This document shows, piece after piece, positions 1 to 9,513 of a DNA stretch of 64,000 bases. Source of the stretch: Candidatus Stoquefichus sp. SB1. Its GTDB lineage: Bacteria; Bacillota_I; Bacilli_A; Erysipelotrichales; Coprobacillaceae. Location of the stretch: positions 11,631-75,630 of the forward strand of contig NZ_LN852693.1 of assembly GCF_001244545.1 (NCBI RefSeq), in the 5' to 3' direction. Under the pieces are notes generated by a model, which made no database searches, was not told where the DNA came from, and saw nothing but the letters and a program-made list of their open reading frames with translations. The first letter of the stretch is position 1. Each line of letters starts with the position of its first letter. A program made the position numbers and the translations under genes.

Positions 1-92
1 TTGTGATTTTATTAGGATTATTATTAGGTACGTTTATCCCATATTTAATTGTGAAAAAAAGAGGAGGGAAAGTAAATGAAGCGTTACGCTAA
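1..92 (+). CDS. 3' end of an upstream ABC permease, possibly spermidine/putrescine PotC-like; partial, the start lies outside the window
   Basis: Frame 3 is open from position 3 to the TAA at 90-92 and encodes ...VILLGLLLGTFIPYLIVKKRGGKVNEALR, a hydrophobic helix plus basic tail typical of a permease C-terminus. It overlaps the potD start by 17 nt. The function is inferred from the neighbouring potD. Confidence 0.35.
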   Translation, partial: VILLGLLLGTFIPYLIVKKRGGKVNEALR

Positions 93-1122
93 AATAATGC
101 TTTGTTTGGCTGTTGTCACAACACTCATGAGTGGATGTGGACGAAGTCAATATACGCATACATTGCGTGTTTTTAACTGGGGAGAATATGTTGATCCTGA
201 TGTCATTAATGGGTTTCAAAGAGAATATGACTGTAAAGTTGTTTATGAGACATTTGATTCCAATGAATCAATGTATACAAAATTACTAGGTGGCAATAAG
301 TATGATATTATGGTGCCATCTGAATATATGATTGAAAGATTAATCAAAGAAAATCTTTTACAAAAGATAGATTGGTCGATGATTACTCATAAAGATAGTA
401 TTGATAGTAAAGTGTTAAATCAGAGTTTTGATAAAGCAAATGAATATTGGGTTCCATATTTTTATGGTAATGTTGGAATTGTTTATGATAAAACACAAGT
501 GTCTGAAAGTGATTTAAATGCTGGATGGGAAGTTTTAAGAAATCCAAAGTATAAAGGGAATATTTATATGTATGATTCTGAAAGAGATTCTTTTATGGTA
601 GCATTAAAAGCTTTGGGTTATTCTATGAATACAACAGATGAAAAAGAAATTAAAGAAGCTTATCAATGGCTAATTGATCAAAGAAAGACAATGAACCCAA
701 CATATGCAGGTGATGATACTATTGATGCTATGAAGAGTGGTGAAAAAGCTATGGCGGTTATGTATTCTGGGGATGCTGCTGCTGTTATGCTGGAAAATCC
801 AGATATGGGCTTTTATATGCCAAATGAAGGAACAAACATATGGTTTGATGGTTTTGTTGTAAGTCGAGAATGTGAAGATTTAAAAATGGCTATGAATTTT
901 ATAAATTATATGATTAGTGATGAGAATGCATTGAATAATACATTGGAGGTTGGTTATTTGACTTCTAACACTGTTGCCGCTAAAGAAGCATCAGAAGGAG
1001 ATTTTCAAGGTATTAATGCATATGGTATTCGAATGTCACAAAATGATGAAGTATTTGCTTATCAGCCACAAAATATAAAAGAAATTTATAGTGATTATTG
1101 GTCAAAAGTCAAAGCACAATAA
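76..1122 (+). CDS. potD: spermidine/putrescine ABC transporter substrate-binding lipoprotein
   Basis: 348 aa. It has a signal peptide with the lipobox LMSGCG, and the PotD/PotF-type periplasmic binding fold is recognisable by eye. An RBS GAGGAGGG lies upstream. Confidence 0.8.
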   Translation: MKRYAKIMLCLAVVTTLMSGCGRSQYTHTLRVFNWGEYVDPDVINGFQREYDCKVVYETFDSNESMYTKLLGGNKYDIMVPSEYMIERLIKENLLQKIDWSMITHKDSIDSKVLNQSFDKANEYWVPYFYGNVGIVYDKTQVSESDLNAGWEVLRNPKYKGNIYMYDSERDSFMVALKALGYSMNTTDEKEIKEAYQWLIDQRKTMNPTYAGDDTIDAMKSGEKAMAVMYSGDAAAVMLENPDMGFYMPNEGTNIWFDGFVVSRECEDLKMAMNFINYMISDENALNNTLEVGYLTSNTVAAKEASEGDFQGINAYGIRMSQNDEVFAYQPQNIKEIYSDYWSKVKAQ

Positions 1123-1136
1123 ATTTTATGAAAAAG

Positions 1137-1175
1137 TTTTAATGAGAAAAACCCTCATTAAAACTTTTCTTTTTG
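1137..1175 (+). terminator. intrinsic terminator after potD
   Basis: Perfect 10-bp stem TTTTAATGAG / CTCATTAAAA with loop AAAAACC, followed by CTTTTCTTTTT. Confidence 0.6.
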
Positions 1176-1215
1176 AATTCATTAAAAAGAATTACCAAAA
1201 AAAGCAAAAAAACTA

Positions 1216-1244
1216 TTGCAATCAATATCAAAATATTATATACT
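1216..1244 (+). promoter_or_regulatory. sigma-A-type promoter for the tRNA array
   Basis: -35 TTGCAA, 17-nt spacer, -10 TATACT, about 30 nt upstream of tRNA-Cys. Confidence 0.5.
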
Positions 1245-1274
1245 ATTTGAGCAACGTGAGAAGAGAAAAGAACT

Positions 1275-1349
1275 GGTTCCATAGCCAAGTTGGTAAGGCT
1301 ACAGACTGCAACTCTGTCATCGTCGGTTCGAGTCCGGCTGGAACCTCCA
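1275..1349 (+). tRNA. tRNA-Cys (GCA)
   Basis: Cloverleaf with anticodon loop CTGCAAC, acceptor GGTTCCA/TGGAACC, encoded CCA. Confidence 0.85.
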
Positions 1350-1356
1350 TCATGTT

Positions 1357-1445
1357 GCCCAGGTGGCGAAATTGGTAGACGCACAGGACTTAAAATCCTG
1401 CGGACCTTAAAATCCGTGCCGGTTCGACTCCGGCCCTGGGCACCA
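1357..1445 (+). tRNA. tRNA-Leu (TAA), long variable arm
   Basis: Anticodon loop CTTAAAA, acceptor GCCCAGG/CCTGGGC, T-arm GGTTCGACTCC, CCA encoded. Confidence 0.85.
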
Positions 1446-1481
1446 TTCTTAAAAAAAGTTTTAAAAAAATGTAAAAAAGTG

Positions 1482-1510
1482 TTGCAAAGTTACAGCGTTT
1501 ATGTTAATAT
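1482..1510 (+). promoter_or_regulatory. internal sigma-A-type promoter inside the tRNA array
   Basis: -35 TTGCAA, 17-nt spacer, -10 TAATAT, in the 87-nt gap between tRNA-Leu and tRNA-Arg. Confidence 0.45.
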
Positions 1511-1532
1511 TGAATGGCGCTGTTAAAGAAAT

Positions 1533-1609
1533 GCGCTAGTAGCTCAACTGGATAGAGTGCTTGACTACGGATCAAGAGGTTGTGGGTTCGATTCCTGCCT
1601 AGCGCGCCA
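1533..1609 (+). tRNA. tRNA-Arg (ACG)
   Basis: Anticodon stem CTTGA/TCAAG with loop CTACGGA, T-arm GGTTCGATTCC, CCA encoded. Confidence 0.8.
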
Positions 1610-1632
1610 ATTGAGTATTGTAATTGAATATT

Positions 1633-1709
1633 CGGGAAGTAGCACAGCTTGGTAGTGCACCTGGTTTGGGACCAGGGGGTCGCAGGTTCAAATCCTGTCT
1701 TCCCGACCA
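1633..1709 (+). tRNA. tRNA-Pro (TGG)
   Basis: Anticodon loop TTTGGGA, acceptor CGGGAAG/CTTCCCG, T-arm GGTTCAAATCC. Confidence 0.85.
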
Positions 1710-1715
1710 GTTAAT

Positions 1716-1791
1716 GGGGCTTTAGCTCAGATGGGAGAGCGCCTGCTTTGCACGCAGGAGGTCAGCGGTTCGATCCCGCTAAGCTCCACCA
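1716..1791 (+). tRNA. tRNA-Ala (TGC)
   Basis: GGGGCTTTAGCTCAG... with anticodon loop TTTGCAC, T-arm GGTTCGATCCC, CCA. Confidence 0.85.
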
Positions 1792-1796
1792 TTATT

Positions 1797-1891
1797 GCGG
1801 AGGTTTACCCAAGTCCGGCTGAAGGGATCGGTCTTGAAAACCGACAGGGGATGAAAGTCCCGCGGGGGTTCGAATCCCTCAACCTCCGCCA
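1797..1891 (+). tRNA. tRNA-Ser (TGA), long variable arm
   Basis: Acceptor GCGGAGG/CCTCCGC, anticodon loop CTTGAAA, extended variable arm, T-arm GGTTCGAATCC. Confidence 0.85.
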
Positions 1892-1915
1892 TTTTTAAAA
1901 AAATATATTTCATAT

Positions 1916-1992
<77 letters not shown>

Positions 1993-1994
1993 TT

Positions 1995-2071
1995 GGTCTG
2001 GTAGTTCAGTTGGTTAGAATGCCGCCCTGTCACGGCGGAGGTCGCGGGTTCGAGTCCCGTCCAGACCGCCA
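1995..2071 (+). tRNA. tRNA-Asp (GTC)
   Basis: Anticodon loop CTGTCAC, T-arm GGTTCGAGTCC, CCA. Confidence 0.85.
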
Positions 2072-2076
2072 ATTAT

Positions 2077-2152
<76 letters not shown>

Positions 2153-2179
2153 TTATTTTTTATAAACGATTCACTACAT

Positions 2180-2256
2180 GGCGGGGTAGCTCAGTTGGCT
2201 AGAGCAATCGGTTCATACCCGGTGGGTCGGGGGTTCGAATCCCTTCCCCGCTACCA
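2180..2256 (+). tRNA. elongator tRNA-Met (CAT)
   Basis: GGCGGGGTAGCTCAGTTGGCTAGAGC..., anticodon loop TTCATAC. It resembles the Bacillus elongator tRNA-Met sequence, recalled from memory. Confidence 0.65.
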
Positions 2257-2296
2257 TTTAGCGAATCAGTGGTGAATACCACTTTTTATTTTATTT

Positions 2297-2373
2297 GGAC
2301 CCTTAGCTCAGTTGGTTAGAGCTATCGGCTCATAACCGATCGGTCGAAGGTTCGAGTCCTTCAGGGTCCACCA
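2297..2373 (+). tRNA. tRNA-Ile2 (CAT, presumed lysidine-modified)
   Basis: GGACCCTTAGCTCAGTTGGTTAGAGC..., anticodon loop CTCATAA. It resembles the Bacillus tRNA-Ile(LAU) sequence, recalled from memory. Confidence 0.6.
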
Positions 2374-2385
2374 ATAAAACTATTG

Positions 2386-2413
2386 ACGATATGAATTTTC
2401 ATATCGTTTTTTT
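2386..2413 (+). terminator. intrinsic terminator ending the tRNA array
   Basis: Stem ACGATATGA / TCATATCGT followed by TTTTTTT. Confidence 0.7.
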
Positions 2414-2531
2414 GTATTTAAAGAGATATTCAAGATTTTTAATATATGTTACAATATGAAAGAAAAAAGAAAATGATATACACAAAATATTCATAACTCT
2501 GTGATATATTGTGTGAGTAGGTGAGATAATA

Positions 2532-4886
2532 ATGGATAAGATGAATGAAATGGGCTTAACTTCCTTGCAAGTTCAAGAACGGATTGATCGTGGTCAAGTG
2601 AATATATCACATGATAATATTTCTAAGACAAAGAAGCAGATTATTTTAGAACATACAATAACATACTTTAATTTATTAAATGTGTTTTTAGCAGCGATTA
2701 TTTTATCAACTGGTCGTTGGACAAACTTAACATTTATGGGTGTTATTATTATGAATTCTTTGATTGGAATTTATCAGGAACTAAAAGTGAAAAAAATTAT
2801 TGATCAATTGACAGTTGTCACTGTTAAAAAGATTAAAGTTATACGTGATCATCAACAACAGATGATACCAATTGAAGATTTGGTTATTGATGATATTGTT
2901 TTTTTAGAGAGTGGTAATCAAATTGGAACAGATTGCTGTATGTTGACATCACAAGGAATGGAAGTCAATGAATCAATGCTGACTGGTGAATCGAAGCCAG
3001 TAAAAAAGAAAGAAAATGATGAACTATTGGCTGGAAGTTTTGTCGTTGCCGGAAGTGGATATGCGCGTGTTTTAAGAGTGGGTAATGATAATTATTCTAC
3101 TCAGCTTGTTCATAAAGCTAAACACAAAAATAAAGCGTCCTCAGAAATGAAAGATGCTATTGAGAAAGTCATTAAAGTATTGAGCTTTGTGATTGTTCCT
3201 GTGGGGTTGGTGCTCTTTGTTTCTCAACTTTCTGCTTCGCCTCAAGATCATGCAACAGCGATTGTTAAGACTGTTGGTGGTGTCATTGGGATGATTCCTG
3301 AAGGACTTGTCCTATTGACGAGTTTATCATTTATTTTAGGTGTAGGTAAATTAGCCAAAAGAAAAGCATTGATACAGGAAATGGAAGCCATTGAAGCTTT
3401 AGCACGTGTTGATGTTTTGTGCCTAGATAAAACGGGAACAATTACTACAGGTGAACTTGAAGTTGAAAAAATTGATGCTTTGAATGATTATTCAGCTGAT
3501 TTTATTCATCAGATTATGGGTATTATGGCTTTTGGCTTTGATGATATCAATGCAACCCAGAAGGCATTAAGAGGCTATTTTAAAGAGCCTATTGATTTGT
3601 CTATATCGGCTTTAATTCCATTTTCTTCTCAGCGAAAAATGCGTGCTTTGCAGCTATCTAATGGACAACGTTATGTTTTAGGTGCACCTGAATATCTTTT
3701 AGAAGAAGATGATCCTTTGCTTCATAGAGTGAATGACTATTCTAATCAGGGATTACGTGTCCTTTTATTAGGTGAAACAGATTTATTAGATGAAGCACAA
3801 AGTCAAATTGGCAGTGTTAAAGCCATGGCGTTGATTGTGATTCATGATTGCATACGAGAAGAAGCCAAAGATACTCTTCGCTTTTTTGATGATGCCGCTG
3901 TTAATATATGCATTCTTTCTGGAGATAACCCAATGACTGTGTCAAGAGTTACTCAATTAGCGGGATTAAAAGGTGGCGAGAAATATGTGGATGCCTCAAC
4001 TCTGCCAACAGATGATGAAGAGTTACAAAAAGTAGTTGCTCATTATCGTGTGTATGGTCGTGTGAAACCAGAACAAAAACAACAAATCATTAAGGCTTTT
4101 CAGGCAAGTGGGCATGTCGTTGGAATGGTTGGCGATGGTGTCAATGATGTACTTGCATTAAAAGATGCGGATTGTGGTATTGCAATGGCGGCTGGCAGCG
4201 ATGCAGCCAAGCAGGCAGCACATATTGTTTTGCTTGATTCTAATTTTGCATCAATGAAAGCAATTGTGAATGAAGGAAGAGCCATTATTGCTGATATTGA
4301 AAGAGTCAGTTCTTTATATCTTACAAAAACAATTTATTCAACAGTATTATGTCTGATTTTTGCCATGCTACGAATCAGTTATCCATTTACACCACTTCAA
4401 TTAAGTCTTATTAGTGGTTTAGCTATTGGTATTCCTAGTTTTCTAATCACAATTGAACGTTCTTCATCATTATCTGCTCAAGGCTTCTTGCGTCATGTTA
4501 TTTCAACGGCTGTACCTTGTGCAGTGACAATGATTGTTTATATGTTATTGATTGCTTTGATAGGACAATGGCTGCATTTTGATATGAAAATGTATTCAAC
4601 ATTTTATTTCTTAGTTGCTGGTTTTATAAGTTTTCTTGTTGTCTTTATCGTTTGTATGCCATTAAATCATATGCGCATTATGATAGCATCTATATTGACT
4701 GCTCTTTTTTATCTGATTTTATTCTTTATGCCTCATTTCTTTGGGATTTATCCACTGATCGGGCATTGGGAATTACTTTGGATTATACCTATTTGTATCA
4801 GTTCAGTATTTGTTATTGGTATGTTTAAAAAATTGATTCATAAGTTGTATCAATATCATGAACGTCGTTTATCATCACAGCGATAA
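2532..4886 (+). CDS. cation-transporting P-type ATPase, type II (Ca2+/Mg2+-like), HAD superfamily
   Basis: 784 aa with motifs TGES, DKTGTIT and GDGVNDVLAL and 8-10 TM helices. RBS GGTGAGAT. Confidence 0.85.
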   Translation: MDKMNEMGLTSLQVQERIDRGQVNISHDNISKTKKQIILEHTITYFNLLNVFLAAIILSTGRWTNLTFMGVIIMNSLIGIYQELKVKKIIDQLTVVTVKKIKVIRDHQQQMIPIEDLVIDDIVFLESGNQIGTDCCMLTSQGMEVNESMLTGESKPVKKKENDELLAGSFVVAGSGYARVLRVGNDNYSTQLVHKAKHKNKASSEMKDAIEKVIKVLSFVIVPVGLVLFVSQLSASPQDHATAIVKTVGGVIGMIPEGLVLLTSLSFILGVGKLAKRKALIQEMEAIEALARVDVLCLDKTGTITTGELEVEKIDALNDYSADFIHQIMGIMAFGFDDINATQKALRGYFKEPIDLSISALIPFSSQRKMRALQLSNGQRYVLGAPEYLLEEDDPLLHRVNDYSNQGLRVLLLGETDLLDEAQSQIGSVKAMALIVIHDCIREEAKDTLRFFDDAAVNICILSGDNPMTVSRVTQLAGLKGGEKYVDASTLPTDDEELQKVVAHYRVYGRVKPEQKQQIIKAFQASGHVVGMVGDGVNDVLALKDADCGIAMAAGSDAAKQAAHIVLLDSNFASMKAIVNEGRAIIADIERVSSLYLTKTIYSTVLCLIFAMLRISYPFTPLQLSLISGLAIGIPSFLITIERSSSLSAQGFLRHVISTAVPCAVTMIVYMLLIALIGQWLHFDMKMYSTFYFLVAGFISFLVVFIVCMPLNHMRIMIASILTALFYLILFFMPHFFGIYPLIGHWELLWIIPICISSVFVIGMFKKLIHKLYQYHERRLSSQR

Positions 4887-5426
4887 ATGCTTCATTGAAA
4901 TAATAACATTGTCATGATAAAAAGCAGACTCAAATTGTTCTTTGGTGGCTGTATAAAAATGGTAGGGATGAATACCAATATGGGAAAAATAGACACCACA
5001 TTTCATTTGAATAGTACATTGATGCTGATGATAAATAAAGGAATGTTCTATCAGATAATGATGAAATTGGATAAGAATTTTTGTCAGATCTTCTTCATGA
5101 ATGTCAAACATCACCAAAAAGAATTTTTGGGAATCTTGAATATAAAGATTAGCATGACCAATGTCTAAACGATGTATAATTTGCTCTAAAATTTTAGGAG
5201 ATAATTTGTAATAAAAATAAGGATTTTTTTCAAATAAATAAGGCTCAACATAAAACTCCATATAAATACCAATAATTTGTTTAATATGTTTAGGTTTATC
5301 AAGTGTTTTAAAAAATGAATATAATTTTTCTTGATGATGGGAAGTATGATATGTTTGGTCTGGGTCCAAAATATGTTGAGAGAAACTTGTCTCTTCATTT
5401 GGATTATAAATATACATTTTAATCAC
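4875..5426 (-). CDS. hypothetical protein, His/Tyr/Phe-rich, no recognisable domain
   Basis: 183-aa ORF, convergent with the ATPase gene and overlapping its 3' end by 12 nt. Its own RBS GGAGGTGATT lies upstream on the minus strand. Confidence 0.5.
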   Translation of the reverse strand: MIKMYIYNPNEETSFSQHILDPDQTYHTSHHQEKLYSFFKTLDKPKHIKQIIGIYMEFYVEPYLFEKNPYFYYKLSPKILEQIIHRLDIGHANLYIQDSQKFFLVMFDIHEEDLTKILIQFHHYLIEHSFIYHQHQCTIQMKCGVYFSHIGIHPYHFYTATKEQFESAFYHDNVIISMKHLSL

Positions 5427-5508
5427 CTCTATCTGTTATACCATATTTTGGATATCGGATTATTGTAGAATTTGTCGAAAAAGTAAAATAAATGAGAAAG
5501 GGATAGGT

Positions 5509-6897
5509 ATGAATTTAAAAAGAAAGACGCTTTTGCGTGATATAGGTTGTTTAGTGTTAGCGGGGGTAGTGATTGTCGGGCTTTATATGTATTTGACAGC
5601 TTCTTCATTACATTTTGTATCAGATCGTGAAATTGAAATCAATTCTGTTGTTGATTTTTCAAAGTTTTTAAAAGATGTGAAGGGTGGAGACATTCATGAT
5701 GTAAAAATAGATAGTTCTGCAGTGAATGTGAAAAAAATTGGCGAATATCAGGTGATTTATAAATATCAGGATGAAGAAGTCAAACTGAAAGTGAAAGTTG
5801 TAGATACGACAGCACCTGAATTTGAAGTTCAAACACAGTCGGTTGCACTTCATCAAACAATTGATCCTTCAAAACTTGTGAAAAATATTAAAGATGCGAG
5901 TCAGACAACAGTCAACTTTGCTAAAAAATATAATTTTAATCAGATTGGTGAACAGGAAGTAGAAGTGATTGTTAGTGATGAGTATAAAAATTCAGCAACA
6001 CAAAAAGTCAAAGTTAAAGTTGTTGAAGATAAAAAGGCGCCTGTTATTATTGCTGGAAATGCAAGTGTTATTGTAGGCAGTACAATTGATTTAAAGTCTT
6101 TAGTTTCTATAAAAGATGATTTAGATGATAAACCGACACTAACAGTTGAAGCGGGGCAGTTTGATGTTCAAAAGCAAGGAAGTTATCAAGTGAAATATTT
6201 AGCTGCTGATGCTTCAGGAAATCAGTCAGAAAAAACAATTATTATTCAGGTTATTGATAAAACTGGTGAAGATGAAAAAGTGGTTTACTTGACTTTTGAT
6301 GATGGACCATCACATTATACACCTCAAGTTCTTGATATTTTAGATCGTTATCATTGCAAAGCAACTTTCTTTATTACAGGAATGAATAGTGCTTATCGTA
6401 AATATATTTCAATTGCGCATGATAAAGGTCATACAATAGGTTTACATACATATAGTCATAGTTATTCAAAAGTCTATGCTTCTGTTGATGCCTACTTCAA
6501 GGATTTAGAAAAAGTCGGACAATTAGCCAAAGACTATATTGGTTTTGTACCTAAATATATTCGTTTCCCAGGTGGAAGTTCAAATGCTGTTTCTAAAAAA
6601 TATACCAAGGGGATTATGAGCAAATTAACCAAGATGGTGGAAGAAAAAGGCTATATCTATTATGATTGGAATGCTGAAAATGGTGATGGTTATGCGAAAA
6701 TGAGTCAGTCTGAAATGTATAAACGTGCAACATCTTCTTCAGCTAAAAAAATCATGATTTTAATGCATGATGCTAATGGAAAACAAAATACAGTTGATAC
6801 TTTACCTAAGATTATTGAATATTATCAGAAAAAAGGATATACATTTAAAGCCATTGATGATTCTTCAATAGTTCCTCATCAACATGTGAATAATTAA
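5509..6897 (+). CDS. polysaccharide deacetylase family protein (NodB domain, PgdA-like) with N-terminal TM anchor and Ig-like repeats
   Basis: 462 aa. An N-terminal TM helix and repeated beta-rich segments are followed by a NodB catalytic core with TFDDGP and HTYSH motifs. Confidence 0.8.
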   Translation: MNLKRKTLLRDIGCLVLAGVVIVGLYMYLTASSLHFVSDREIEINSVVDFSKFLKDVKGGDIHDVKIDSSAVNVKKIGEYQVIYKYQDEEVKLKVKVVDTTAPEFEVQTQSVALHQTIDPSKLVKNIKDASQTTVNFAKKYNFNQIGEQEVEVIVSDEYKNSATQKVKVKVVEDKKAPVIIAGNASVIVGSTIDLKSLVSIKDDLDDKPTLTVEAGQFDVQKQGSYQVKYLAADASGNQSEKTIIIQVIDKTGEDEKVVYLTFDDGPSHYTPQVLDILDRYHCKATFFITGMNSAYRKYISIAHDKGHTIGLHTYSHSYSKVYASVDAYFKDLEKVGQLAKDYIGFVPKYIRFPGGSSNAVSKKYTKGIMSKLTKMVEEKGYIYYDWNAENGDGYAKMSQSEMYKRATSSSAKKIMILMHDANGKQNTVDTLPKIIEYYQKKGYTFKAIDDSSIVPHQHVNN

Positions 6898-6920
6898 GCC
6901 CAAGTGGGCTTTTTTATTTT
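6896..6920 (+). terminator. intrinsic terminator
   Basis: AAGCCC-AAGT-GGGCTT followed by TTTTTATTTT. Confidence 0.65.
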
Positions 6921-6949
6921 CTTGTACATATAATATAGAGGTGATTATC

Positions 6950-7972
6950 ATGGGAAAGAAAAAAGGATTCATTATTGCTTTATTGATTTTAGGGTATTGT
7001 CTAATATTAAAATATTTATTTGGTGTTTTGTTGCCTTTTTTGTTGGCTTTATTATGTTATTATGTGATGAAGCCTTTAATTGATATTTTAGAAAATCATT
7101 TTCATGTGAAAAGAAGTGCTATAGGAATATCCTTGTTATTGGTGATTTATTTATTATTAACGATATTGCTGGGAAGTCTTTTTACCTATATTTTCTTTTT
7201 CCTTGCAGATACATTAGAACAATTACCTTTTTATTATGAAACAATGATAGAACCATTTTTTAATCAACTCATGGTATTGATTACTAAACAATTCTCCTTT
7301 TTTCATCAAACAAATCTATTAACAACAATTCAGAACTTTTTAACACAAAGTTTTTTTCAGGGAATAACTTCTTTATCAATGATAATCACACATATTCCAT
7401 CATTTATTTTTTCTTTTTTTCTCTTTATTATTTCAACATTCTTTTTGGTATTAGATTATGAACCTATGAGAGACAAAATGTTATCAATTTGTCATACCCG
7501 TTTCATTTCCATTCTTTTATTACTGAAAAATAAATGTTTAAAAAGTTTATGGATTTATATCAAATGTCAAATCATATTGATGATTATTTGTTTTATAATT
7601 TTATTCATTGGAATGACAATATTAAAAATGCAACATCCTTTACTATATGCATTGCTTACAGCTTTTTTAGATAGTTTACCTTTTATTGGTGTTGGAATTG
7701 TTTTGATTCCAATGTGTATTTTCTTTGTGTTTAAAGGATTTTATTTAAAAGCATTATATTTATTTTTGATTTATTTAATGATTAATGTTATGAGAAGTTT
7801 ATTAGAACCTCGAATCATGAATAAACAAATGCAAATTCCATCATTTCTTTTATTGTTGTCAATGATGATCCATCTTCATTTTTTTGGAATCATAGGGATT
7901 ATTCTTTCGCCAATTCATATGAGTCTCATTTATAGCTTTTTAGATTCTGAGGAATCTACTTTGCAGCAATAA
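6950..7972 (+). CDS. AI-2E family transporter (UPF0118, YtvI/PerM-like integral membrane protein)
   Basis: Polytopic membrane protein with a C-terminal LEPRIMNK...IPSF motif resembling the EPxxxG...P signature. Start chosen at the ATG at 6950 after RBS AGAGGTGAT. Confidence 0.6.
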   Translation: MGKKKGFIIALLILGYCLILKYLFGVLLPFLLALLCYYVMKPLIDILENHFHVKRSAIGISLLLVIYLLLTILLGSLFTYIFFFLADTLEQLPFYYETMIEPFFNQLMVLITKQFSFFHQTNLLTTIQNFLTQSFFQGITSLSMIITHIPSFIFSFFLFIISTFFLVLDYEPMRDKMLSICHTRFISILLLLKNKCLKSLWIYIKCQIILMIICFIILFIGMTILKMQHPLLYALLTAFLDSLPFIGVGIVLIPMCIFFVFKGFYLKALYLFLIYLMINVMRSLLEPRIMNKQMQIPSFLLLLSMMIHLHFFGIIGIILSPIHMSLIYSFLDSEESTLQQ

Positions 7973-8012
7973 AATGATTTGATATAATAGAAATCAAAAG
8001 GGAGATGGAAAT

Positions 8013-8786
8013 ATGTCAAAAAAATATTTTTTCTTTGATATTGATGGAACATTGACAAATAAGCAAACAGGTGAATTGGTTCCAAGTGCTAAAAAAACAA
8101 TTCAGAAGTTACAACAAAATGGTCATTTTGTTTGTATAGCAACAGGACGCGCTTATTATAAAACCAAAGATTTTGCTAAAATGGCAGGTATTCATCATAT
8201 TGTCAGTAATGGAGGAGCGGCTTTGACAATCAATGATGAATTGATTGAAAATCGTCCTTTAGATCATGAGCGTGCAGTGGCTTTGTGTCTTGAGGCCCAA
8301 CAAAAAGGATATGGAATGCTGATTGCTTATAATGATAGTATAGATGTTCTTATGAAAGACGAATTGTTTATTCAACAGGTTGGTTATCGCCAAGAACCAA
8401 CGAGATACATATTGGATAGATCCTTGAAATATGATCAGATAGAGCAGATTTATAAAATATATATTGCGATTTCTTGCGAGGATGAAGATAAACTAGATTT
8501 AAAAGATTCTTTAGGACATATTCGATTTATGGATGAATATTTAACATACCAGCATGATGCTAAAGATGAAGGTATTTATAAAATGTTAAAAAGAGTTGGT
8601 GGGCAAATAGAAGATGTTGTTGTTTTTGGTGATGACTATAATGATTTGGTTATGTTTAAAAAAGAATGGACCAATATTGCGATGGGAAATGCCTGTGATG
8701 CATTAAAGTCACAAGCAACATTTGTGACAAAAGCCAGTAGTGAAGATGGTATTGAGTATGCTTGTCAGCATTTTGGATGGATATAA
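8013..8786 (+). CDS. Cof-type HAD-IIB family hydrolase (sugar-phosphatase-like)
   Basis: Motifs FFDIDGTL, IATGR and GDDYND. Confidence 0.8.
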   Translation: MSKKYFFFDIDGTLTNKQTGELVPSAKKTIQKLQQNGHFVCIATGRAYYKTKDFAKMAGIHHIVSNGGAALTINDELIENRPLDHERAVALCLEAQQKGYGMLIAYNDSIDVLMKDELFIQQVGYRQEPTRYILDRSLKYDQIEQIYKIYIAISCEDEDKLDLKDSLGHIRFMDEYLTYQHDAKDEGIYKMLKRVGGQIEDVVVFGDDYNDLVMFKKEWTNIAMGNACDALKSQATFVTKASSEDGIEYACQHFGWI

Positions 8787-8866
8787 GGCTTTTTTTGATT
8801 TCATTATAGCAGTTTTGCATTTATTGCGTTATACTAGAAGGAGAAGATGTATGGGAGGACAAACAT

Positions 8867-9385
8867 ATGAAAAACAAATATCATCATCATAATCTTAAAA
8901 GTATTGCAACTATTGTAGGAGTTCTGCTTGTTATTTGTTTCATTGTTATTTTTGTTAGTGGAGATCATTATAAACAATACTTAGGATTAACTGAATATCC
9001 CAATTGTATGAAATTAAATGAGTATGGTGATGAAGGAAATGAAGAGGGTGTACGTTTTCAGACAACGACACTAACACCTGATTATCAGGATGTCTATGCA
9101 CTTGCGTTTGAAAGTTATTACATGACTTCATCTGACACAGCTTCACAAAAATATGATAAGTTATCTCAAGAGTTCCCAAAGGAAAATATTTTGACAATGG
9201 ATGAACAGATGATATCATCAACAGTAAAAGTGAAGTCAATTATTAATAAAGATGATAAAGTTTATTTTATTGTACAAGATGATTCAACAGTTTTTAAAGC
9301 TTATGGTGAACATGAAGAGATGGATAAAAAACAGAAGTGGTTTGATGTATTAAAGATTCATTATCAAATTCCTCAATCTTTATAA
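8867..9385 (+). CDS. hypothetical membrane-anchored protein
   Basis: 172 aa with an N-terminal TM helix and no recognisable domain. RBS GGAGGACAAAC. Confidence 0.5.
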   Translation: MKNKYHHHNLKSIATIVGVLLVICFIVIFVSGDHYKQYLGLTEYPNCMKLNEYGDEGNEEGVRFQTTTLTPDYQDVYALAFESYYMTSSDTASQKYDKLSQEFPKENILTMDEQMISSTVKVKSIINKDDKVYFIVQDDSTVFKAYGEHEEMDKKQKWFDVLKIHYQIPQSL

Positions 9386-9513
9386 TATCATAATCATAAT
9401 AAGAAACAGTTATTGCCAACTGTTTCTTTTCTTTAGAGTAATAGGAAAACATATTTATTGTATACAATTATACAAAAGTGTGCTATAATACAGAATACAT
9501 AAGGGGTGATAGG

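Noticed and set aside
1091-1526. Three overlapping ORFs (95, 81 and 78 aa) across the potD terminator and the first tRNA genes
   Set aside because: They are fully explained by the GC-rich tRNA sequences giving open frames. They have no RBS and overlap tRNA-Cys and tRNA-Leu.
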